DNA of 64,000 nt, taken from positions 1 to 64,000 of the IMG/VR virus record IMGVR_UViG_3300027782_000025. One strand, given 5' to 3'. Position numbers and translations under genes: made by a program. Shown piece after piece: positions 55,284 to 64,000 of the stretch (the stretch's first letter is position 1; each line of letters begins with the position of its first letter). The notes below the pieces were generated by a model. That model did no database searches and was not told the DNA's origin. It worked only from the letters and a program-made list of their open reading frames with translations.

Positions 55284-56195
55284 GTGACTAAAATGAATAA
55301 AAATTCCGAATACCTTCACCATGTACACGGCGCATCTGCGAACGAAGCGAGTATACTTATAGACGCTCATGAAGCGATCGAATCAAACCAAAAACTTTCA
55401 AAAAGCGACGAAAGCTTATTGGCCATACTTTTAACAAGCTTTAGAAATAGCCATCTAATTTTCGAATATATGGATATATTTTATGGCGATTCGCCGTGGC
55501 CGGCTTTAGAAACGGCAATCACTGAATGGCTAATAACTGGGTATAATTATACAAAAAAAGACGCATTCTATAATTTAATTAAGCCTTACCATGATAGAGT
55601 TAATAATATAGATTGGCTAATAGATAATCTTAAAAGTAGCGCCACGTCTGACAAAGGAGCCGTAAAACCTTTATCTATTATTCTTCATATGGTTAAATAT
55701 TCGCCAATATCTTCCAAAAACATTGAAAATAGTCTATCTAGTTGGTTCACTCCTTATATAGAAGAAGCAGCTATAACAGTAACACAAATATTTGGACCAG
55801 AAAGCATAACAACCATAACACATCTATGGGATACGATCGATGCTGGTAGGGATCAGAAGCTTACTGGTGCTTCAATGATTTTCGACTGGGCTGTAACTAA
55901 AAAGCTATACTATTTTCAAGGAAATAGACTTTATAACGCTGGATTTAAAATAAATTTTATTGATGCTTGTAACTTATATCTAAAAAGCAAAGCACGATAT
56001 GAAAAAATGTTTTCTATGTTTGATTTCGACGATTTTCTAGAAGATACAAGCCTCATAATACCATATTGTGAAAGAGTCCTTGAGGGACGTTTCTACGATA
56101 TCGAAGAATATTTAAAAACGATGAATTATACACTTTATAAACAATATCTTCAAAGCGTTCCACAGTTCGCAAATTATTGGAAAAGTCATATGTAA
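55284..56195 (+). CDS. Hypothetical protein
   Basis: 303-aa ORF. Confidence 0.7.
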   Translation: MTKMNKNSEYLHHVHGASANEASILIDAHEAIESNQKLSKSDESLLAILLTSFRNSHLIFEYMDIFYGDSPWPALETAITEWLITGYNYTKKDAFYNLIKPYHDRVNNIDWLIDNLKSSATSDKGAVKPLSIILHMVKYSPISSKNIENSLSSWFTPYIEEAAITVTQIFGPESITTITHLWDTIDAGRDQKLTGASMIFDWAVTKKLYYFQGNRLYNAGFKINFIDACNLYLKSKARYEKMFSMFDFDDFLEDTSLIIPYCERVLEGRFYDIEEYLKTMNYTLYKQYLQSVPQFANYWKSHM

Positions 56196-56290
56196 ATGAC
56201 AGCACATTTTGCTCGATCTTCAACCATTTATGCAAAAAATGTCAAAGTATTAGGAAAGTATATAATTTATATTAACATATGGAGATAGTA

Positions 56291-56824
56291 ATGGCAACGA
56301 CTTACTGGATGGGCGATGTTGAGGTTCAGGGGTATGTGCAAAAAGTCATGAGCACCTGGCATCAGATGTTTATCACAGCCGAAGTCAAAATTGGTGTGAT
56401 AATGTGCGCCTCTGATAAAGAAGACGTTCCAGCATTAAAGCATGGTGGCTACCCTGCACTAGCCACGATAAAGGTCGTGCCTCTTAAGGACCGAATTTCT
56501 AAAAATTATGACGCAGAAATGATGATCGACGCTAACTTCTGGAAATCGACATCAGAAGACCGCCGACTTGCTTTGATAGACCATGAATTATGCCATCTTC
56601 GTCTTAAAGAGCCAAAGGCCGGCCAAGCCAATGTTAAAACAGTCGGTGATCTGGACATCTTATATGATGATATTGGCAGGCCAGTATTAAAATTAGTCGG
56701 TGGTGATTGGAATGTCGGCGATGGATTTGAAGAGGTGGTTAGAAGGCACGGCGATATTGCGATCGAAGTGACTTCTGTTAAATCGATTGGTGATAGGTTA
56801 AAGTTAATTAACAAAGGATCATAA
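56291..56824 (+). CDS. Putative phage metallopeptidase
   Basis: ALIDHELCHL (HExxH); SD GGAG. Confidence 0.75.
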   Translation: MATTYWMGDVEVQGYVQKVMSTWHQMFITAEVKIGVIMCASDKEDVPALKHGGYPALATIKVVPLKDRISKNYDAEMMIDANFWKSTSEDRRLALIDHELCHLRLKEPKAGQANVKTVGDLDILYDDIGRPVLKLVGGDWNVGDGFEEVVRRHGDIAIEVTSVKSIGDRLKLINKGS

Positions 56825-56825
56825 T

Positions 56826-57077
56826 ATGGCCACTGCAGACAGAATTATTACAAATGGTGACAGGCTGACAATACTATTATTTAATGATCCGAATGCGTCA
56901 CCACTGCTTGAGATTATAAGCACCAATAATCCTATCGAGGACAGGGTGTTAGATATAGATAGCGCTCTAATATTAGATCTATTATCAGATGACGAAATAG
57001 ATTGGCTATTGAAAAGGAATAAAACTCTAAAATCATGGAATAAGGCGGTTAGGGAAAATGCTAGAGCTTCTGTCTGA
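56826..57077 (+). CDS. Hypothetical protein
   Basis: Coupled, SD AGGA. Confidence 0.65.
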   Translation: MATADRIITNGDRLTILLFNDPNASPLLEIISTNNPIEDRVLDIDSALILDLLSDDEIDWLLKRNKTLKSWNKAVRENARASV

Positions 57078-57243
57078 TTTTTCAAAGAGAATTTTTAAAC
57101 GCAAGAAACCTGAGTCATATAAATCACGTGCGTATGACTGCATAGAGGTCTTAAATATTATCATCGACGGAGATGATGAAATTATCGCTCAAAAGCTTTT
57201 ACCGATTAAAAGGTTATTACTCGATCTCACAAGGGATAAATAA
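57058..57243 (+). CDS. Hypothetical protein
   Basis: SD AGGG. Confidence 0.55.
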   Translation: MLELLSDFSKRIFKRKKPESYKSRAYDCIEVLNIIIDGDDEIIAQKLLPIKRLLLDLTRDK

Positions 57244-57409
57244 CTTATTAAAACACTAGAAATGATAAAAATATTTATGAATATAATGAATTTTTCCTTC
57301 ATATTAACACATATAACTATTTTTTGCATTGTGCTACTTATTGTGATTGGCTTAAGTCCTGTTTTACAATTAATGTGCTATTCTAATTCTAAAAGAAAGA
57401 AGTATATCA

Positions 57410-58147
57410 ATGTTATCTATTGCCTCGCTTCGTGAAAGCTTTATCGAGGACGGTTACGTTAAGATTTCATTAGCAGATTTCATGCCAAATCTTGATAATG
57501 TTATAGAAGAAGTAGGTCTTGACGGCGGCCAAGACAAATGGAAGAAATATGATTCTGTTATGGAATTGAGTTGTAATAAATATATCTTGGTTTTGCTAGA
57601 ATCTCTCTATAATAGAGCGCCATTCCCTTTCCAAACGCTTAACTTTATAAAGGGTCCACACTTTGGTGTGCATAGCGATGAGTGGCATTTCGGAACTATG
57701 CCGGCTGGTTTTATGTGCGGTGTTTGGGTGGCTCTAGAAGATGTCACTATGGACAATGGGCCCCTGTATTATTATAAAGGATCGCACAAGCTTCCGCCTG
57801 TTAGCCCGGCAGAGGTCGGATTAGCTCTCAGCGATAATAATGATTCTTGGGCGGAAAATGTTACTAAGTATAGCCAATATCTAGACAAAATGCTATCCAG
57901 TTTTGAGCTTCAGAAGGATATCTTTCTTGCTAAAAAGGGCGAAGCGATTATTTGGGCTTCAAATCTGATCCATGGCTCAATTATGGCCAAAGAAAACACC
58001 ACTAGATTATCCCAAGTAACACATTATCTTTTTGATGGATGTGCTTACTATACTCCCGGTAACTCTAATATGTCTGATATTAAACACCGACAGCCATTTG
58101 AAATGCGTGATGCCGCCAACAGCAAAGACCTTTTTAGCTTCATCTAA
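57410..58147 (+). CDS. PhyH-like 2OG-Fe(II) dioxygenase
   Basis: HSD; GVWVALED..DNGPL.YY.GSH; IIW..NLIHG. Confidence 0.85.
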   Translation: MLSIASLRESFIEDGYVKISLADFMPNLDNVIEEVGLDGGQDKWKKYDSVMELSCNKYILVLLESLYNRAPFPFQTLNFIKGPHFGVHSDEWHFGTMPAGFMCGVWVALEDVTMDNGPLYYYKGSHKLPPVSPAEVGLALSDNNDSWAENVTKYSQYLDKMLSSFELQKDIFLAKKGEAIIWASNLIHGSIMAKENTTRLSQVTHYLFDGCAYYTPGNSNMSDIKHRQPFEMRDAANSKDLFSFI

Positions 58148-58153
58148 GACTTA

Positions 58154-59584
<1,431 letters not shown>

Positions 59585-59666
59585 TAAACACCCCAGTATT
59601 ATATAAGTATCTTTTATCGTCCCTCAAATATAAAACACTTACAACACAGATCTTAGGAGCTTAACG

Positions 59667-60572
59667 ATGCCGGTGCTACCAGTTGATACGCACCGGCATC
59701 TCTGACTTGGTGGTAGCCTCCCTGTCAAAACCATCAGTCGCCACACTGGCTTAAGTTTAACTGAGATTTATAAAAGACACACAATTATACAACCGGTATC
59801 ATACGAAGCATTTTTTAAAAAGTTCGATATCCTTTATAGTATCGAATGGGATGAAGATAAATTATACAACTCGATTTTAGATGTCACATCAGAGATTAAA
59901 GCCGACGCCTGCAGCGGAGCCTTATTATCCGTCTCTATAGATAAATATTACTTGTCCGGTATGGATATAAAACAGATATTAAAAACTCTACAACAAGCTA
60001 GGAGCGATGCTTATGCTCCAATCGACTATTTATTATCATTAAGATATGATTGCTCACCAGCGATGGCTAAAATTCTTAGCGACCACATAGAACAATACGA
60101 TGATATCTTCGAAATATTTAAAGGAATAGACTTGGTCGGTAACGAAAAAGAAATGTTAAAGAATGATCTTACAGGATTCATAGAGCCATGGCGTAACAAA
60201 GATAAAATCATTAGAGCACACGTCGGTGAATATGGTGATGAAGAACATATAGGATATGCTGTAAAAACGCTAAAAATAAATAGGATCGCTCATGGTATCT
60301 GCGTAAATGATCCGAATCTTATTAGTGAGATAAAGGATAAAAACATACCTCTAGATATCTGTATATCTAGTAATTTTCTAACCAGTAATGTAAAGAAATT
60401 ATTGGACCATCCACTTAAGAGATTAATAAAGCATGGGCTTCGGATTACATTAGGAACTGATGACCCAACTGTCTTCAACACTGACATGGGCAAGGAATTA
60501 AGATACTGTAAATTATTACTTGGTGATGGTTTTGACGATTTTTATCTGAGAATATGCAATGAAACTTATTAG
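59667..60572 (+). CDS. add: Adenosine deaminase interrupted by an in-frame TGA (recoded or pseudogene)
   Basis: SD AGGAG, DTHRHL*LGGS; downstream AHVGE, RIAHG, ICISSN, GTDDP motifs in the same frame; TGA at 59703-59705. Confidence 0.8.
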
Positions 60573-60741
60573 TATCATCGAAGGTCATTGGGAAGTCCCG
60601 CCGATGGATTATCCTAACTCGCTAGCGCCGACAAAGAAACGCGGTCGGCTCAGCTTTTTAGTAAACCCAGACGACCGCGTTAATTTTTTCAAGAAAAAGA
60701 AAAAGCCTAAATTTCACCCTGAGACTGGCTTTCATCGGTAA
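60559..60741 (+). CDS. Small basic protein with MKLISIIE leader
   Basis: 60 aa; overlaps the add stop. Confidence 0.6.
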   Translation: MKLISIIEGHWEVPPMDYPNSLAPTKKRGRLSFLVNPDDRVNFFKKKKKPKFHPETGFHR

Positions 60742-62155
60742 ATACTGCAAGCTCTTTTCCTAGCTGAGCAATTTGTTTAGTCGAATCCGTGCTATACTCT
60801 TGGTTGGCTTTAACATTTGCTTCTAGGCCTGCTTGAATCTGGTCTGTGTGTTTCTGTAGTTCACCTAAGGTAGCGATAGCATCCTCGCGTTGCTTGTTTT
60901 GTTCTTCCTGTTTTCCTTCATTAGCTTTCTGAATGTCCTTCATGAGCTCTTCGGGGCTAGCATCAGCATTGGAAGTGATATCCTCGCCAGCGACTGCTGA
61001 GGCAGATTGCGATTTAGGGTCGACTGCGGATCCGCCAGCCAGATTTTGCTGTGAAGCGCCTGCCGCTGGGACCGCGCCGGCAGTTCCGGCCGCGCCTGGC
61101 ATAGCTTCCTCTGAAATTATTGACATACCTTCAGCTAATATTCGCTTTAATACGCCCACGCACGGCACAAAATGGTCAAGAAATAAATTTCTAAATGATT
61201 CGACAGCATTTACTTTACTGGCATAAAGACGTCTTTGAAAGGATTCAGACAATGAACGCGCTCTAGCTGGCTTAATATAACGCCTATTCTCGAGGAAATG
61301 ATTGAAGATAGCAGAGCGAATCTGGGCAGGACCAACCATCGATTTTAAATTTCGTAAAGATTCCAATATCATAATATGAAGATCTGGTCTTGCCATTATA
61401 ACGGCAGTTATGCCCTCAGATATTAATGAATCAGTCTCAAATAAATCCTCTGTAAGTCTATCGATAGAATCTTCAAGTACACCCTTATTTTTTAAATTAG
61501 ATGAACGACCGCTTTTAACATTACCTTTTCGCTTTTTCCTTTTTGAACCTTTTCTAAATAAATCTGGGAATCCAGTTTCAATTGGTATGCCCAAGATTTG
61601 GGAGATATCAGCTGCTAATGAGATACTAGGATTTCGGCCACCTGGATCTGCACCACCAGAGCTAGCTTTGGGTTTACGCAAATTTCTACTGACAGTGGAA
61701 GGATCAACATTAGCAAGTGCCGCTAACTCAGTTACAGTCATATCTTTTCGATCCATAGCCATCTCTAAGTTAGATCTGTCAACTGTATCTGAATTAATCT
61801 TAGAAAATATGCCTTCATTTTCTTTAGTATTATTTTTCTTCTTTTTCTTCTTTTTTTTCTTTTTACCCATGCCTGAGGCTTCGAAGCCACCCATACCTAA
61901 ACCTTCATTGTCTTCTTCCATGTTCATCTCTGCGTCACCCACCACTGGCCTCTCATTTTTAAAGATGAATTCAAGGATTGCAGCTCGCTCGCTTTTAAAG
62001 AATGATTTTATATCCATAGACTCGACCATATAAAAATTTTTACCATTTATTTGGCTACGGCTTAAAACGACACCTTGACGGCTAATTACGCGGCCGTCTT
62101 TAGTTAATAATGCGCCAGTTATACCAGCCGGAAGTGCTACATATTTATTTAACAT
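60707..62155 (-). CDS. Multi-segment protein with XRE-type HTH, poly-Lys tract and SIDRL spacer
   Basis: LEMAM..KDMTVTELAALANVDPSTVSR..RNPSISLAADISQILG; K10 run; ED-SIDRLTEDLFE. Confidence 0.75.
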   Translation of the reverse strand: MLNKYVALPAGITGALLTKDGRVISRQGVVLSRSQINGKNFYMVESMDIKSFFKSERAAILEFIFKNERPVVGDAEMNMEEDNEGLGMGGFEASGMGKKKKKKKKKKNNTKENEGIFSKINSDTVDRSNLEMAMDRKDMTVTELAALANVDPSTVSRNLRKPKASSGGADPGGRNPSISLAADISQILGIPIETGFPDLFRKGSKRKKRKGNVKSGRSSNLKNKGVLEDSIDRLTEDLFETDSLISEGITAVIMARPDLHIMILESLRNLKSMVGPAQIRSAIFNHFLENRRYIKPARARSLSESFQRRLYASKVNAVESFRNLFLDHFVPCVGVLKRILAEGMSIISEEAMPGAAGTAGAVPAAGASQQNLAGGSAVDPKSQSASAVAGEDITSNADASPEELMKDIQKANEGKQEEQNKQREDAIATLGELQKHTDQIQAGLEANVKANQEYSTDSTKQIAQLGKELAVFTDESQSQGEI

Positions 62156-62213
62156 TATTAGTCCCTTATTCTTTCAAATTTACTCTATCGATATTTTAAT
62201 TTTGCAGGATACC

Positions 62214-62621
62214 ATGTTTGACAATAAATTACAGCCGATTCTAGAAGCGCTTGATAAAATAAAGAATGTCGTAATACTCTTGGCGCACAAGCGCCATATA
62301 TTGCTCGGACTTAGCAAGCACAATGATTTTAGAAAGGATAAATGGACCTTCATTGGCGGCACTATAAAAAATAGTGAAAACCCGTTCCAAGCCGCTCTTA
62401 GAGAAGCTAAAGAAGAATGTGGCTTAGAAATTAAAATTAGTAATGAGAGCAAGATAGTTGGTAATGTCATGTTTATGCTAGCTACTCCAAGATATAGCTC
62501 GCTTAAACTAAAACATAATTCTGAATTTAAAGCCATGGGCTTCTTCGATAAGGCAGGCATTAAGAGTCTTAAACTCGCGCCTAAAGTCTTGGAAACCATT
62601 AAAGAATTCCGCGTTTTTTAA
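62214..62621 (+). CDS. Nudix hydrolase
   Basis: GGTIKNSENPFQAALREAKEECGL Nudix box; alternative start 62202. Confidence 0.9.
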   Translation: MFDNKLQPILEALDKIKNVVILLAHKRHILLGLSKHNDFRKDKWTFIGGTIKNSENPFQAALREAKEECGLEIKISNESKIVGNVMFMLATPRYSSLKLKHNSEFKAMGFFDKAGIKSLKLAPKVLETIKEFRVF

Positions 62622-64000
62622 CCTACCCAAGTATCGCCGTTATAGAAGAACAATCTGGTGCCGTTGTACCAGAAATCACCAAATATCGGATCTCTTCCGA
62701 GTAAGATCTTTAATCTAGGTTCGATTTGGTTTGTGTAAACATTCGGATCATTCCCTAATTCGGTAGTATTAACAATCAGCTTACAAATACGATGAGTAAG
62801 ACTCCCAGTAGAACCGAATCTCTCGATAGCCGATATAGGAGTAATTCCTTGAATGCTTTCTAGATCGATTTGCAAGCCAAGACCTTGGTCAGCTTCAGTA
62901 ATAAATCTGTTGGTGTCTGAAGGATTTAAAGCATTTATCCGATATTTATGCAGACCTGTAAGCCCAGAGCCGGTGCTACCGCGCATTGCTTCAGATTGTC
63001 CAATGGTCGGACTATATTTTGACATGCGCGACACGCCAAAGCTGCTTATTCTTGTGGCGCCTATACTAAATACAGTAGAAAAGTTATTGGCGATCGGCAA
63101 AGTCTGAAATTGCGTGAAAAAATTATCGATTTCGGAAGTCGGAGCGTTCCAAACAGACGCCAAAGCTACATGACCACGTCCAAATTGCTGATTAAATAGT
63201 ACTTGGTCTGTACCATCAGCCATCAATAAATTATTAACAGTCTGAATTGCTACAATATCGTTATAGCTGAAATCTCTAGATAGATCTAAAACCCCAAATT
63301 CAACAGGTGTAGTGCTCGCCGCATCATCAGTTACATTATAGGTAGAAAAGTGAAATCTAAGGGTGTTTTGTGAAGCCCCAACGAGTTGTACTTTATTAAT
63401 CCAGACAGGGTAATTGAGGCCAGTAATATCACCAGTCGGCTCATCACTACCTGGAGCGATAATATTGAATTCTTTAAAGATGTTTTTAGGGATTTGAATA
63501 CCGTCTGCCGACATTCTGGTAGAACTAGAATCGAAAGGATAGTTAAATGTGTCAAGCCAAGTATCGATATTACTGTCAAGCTGTGGTATAAGGGAATAGG
63601 ATGACTCTGTAAGCATGCCAGTACCATGGGTAACAGCAATCGGACTATAGTCATCTGTAGCGGTCACACTACCACCCTGACTATCGACAATATCATAAGT
63701 CGCAGATAGCATCGAACCACCAGAGGTTAACTCAGAAGGGGCTAGCAGATCAAGGAATGCTCTGTTGACTTCAAGATCCGTATCAAGTGTTCTAAAAGTT
63801 ATGAAGCCAGTAACAGTTTGGCTTTCATTCTGATTTATAGCCTCGCCTGGTACCTCTGAATCAGGCACATATTCTAGTCTCGATATCTGATATGTAAGAT
63901 CGCTGTTGATTTGGTATTCGGCCATCAATATATATGTTTCTTCTGGTGAACCAGCTATTGAAGCGGTAAATAATGCTCTAATAGTGCCCGTGTAGCCAGC
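62618..64000 (-). CDS. Probable virion structural protein, 5'-truncated by window edge
   Basis: Frame stays open from 63928 to 64000 (AGYTGTIRALF...); S/T/D/G-rich composition. Confidence 0.6.
   Translation of the reverse strand, partial: AGYTGTIRALFTASIAGSPEETYILMAEYQINSDLTYQISRLEYVPDSEVPGEAINQNESQTVTGFITFRTLDTDLEVNRAFLDLLAPSELTSGGSMLSATYDIVDSQGGSVTATDDYSPIAVTHGTGMLTESSYSLIPQLDSNIDTWLDTFNYPFDSSSTRMSADGIQIPKNIFKEFNIIAPGSDEPTGDITGLNYPVWINKVQLVGASQNTLRFHFSTYNVTDDAASTTPVEFGVLDLSRDFSYNDIVAIQTVNNLLMADGTDQVLFNQQFGRGHVALASVWNAPTSEIDNFFTQFQTLPIANNFSTVFSIGATRISSFGVSRMSKYSPTIGQSEAMRGSTGSGLTGLHKYRINALNPSDTNRFITEADQGLGLQIDLESIQGITPISAIERFGSTGSLTHRICKLIVNTTELGNDPNVYTNQIEPRLKILLGRDPIFGDFWYNGTRLFFYNGDTWVG

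Noticed and set aside
59703-59745. Canonical selenoprotein call for the deaminase
   Set aside because: Sec would sit as an insertion in a His-based metal motif with no Cys counterpart, the 15-nt loop does not resemble the fdhF-type SECIS minihelix, and no sel genes are in the window. Kept only as an alternative.

Overview
A 64-kb segment of a large dsDNA tailed phage, standard genetic code. No rRNA, integrase, CRISPR array or housekeeping operons are visible. A Planctomycetota host is inferred from protein motifs and is not proven. Zone 1 (1-16.4 kb) is an early/host-takeover array of about 35 small genes. Almost every gene has its own copy of a repeated cassette: hairpin, sigma70-type promoter (TTG(A/C)nn-N16/17-TACA with an extended TG, often overlapped by a GC hairpin) and a conserved leader. 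This zone also holds tandem and dispersed paralogs, an inverted block with an atypical CAU tRNA, and a candidate sRNA at the left edge. Zone 2 (16.4-32.4 kb) carries regulators and DNA-metabolism genes: sigma factor, TraR/DksA finger, CsrA, SF2 helicase, cytosine methylase, M28 peptidase. It ends at a sharp strand-skew inversion near 32.47 kb, a candidate origin. Zone 3 (32.7-64 kb) is AT-richer, with glycan/methyltransferase genes, UV-repair genes and a set of unrelated proteins sharing an M(K/R)Lxx(I/L)xE leader or a SIDRLxxLIxE spacer. Best leads: (a) a 1675-aa apparent polyprotein of eight 26-aa-repeat solenoid modules joined by a reusable Glu-flanked spacer that also occurs in unrelated proteins, suggesting a capsid-targeting/protease-processing code; (b) an adenosine deaminase whose metal motif is split by CUC-UGA-CUU between two hairpins, where a ribosomal stop-hop would restore the canonical motif; (c) the promoter/terminator cassette array with a conserved leader RNA motif, plus a phage CsrA and an anti-SD sRNA candidate. 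All motif counts and pairings were made by eye and no database search was run.
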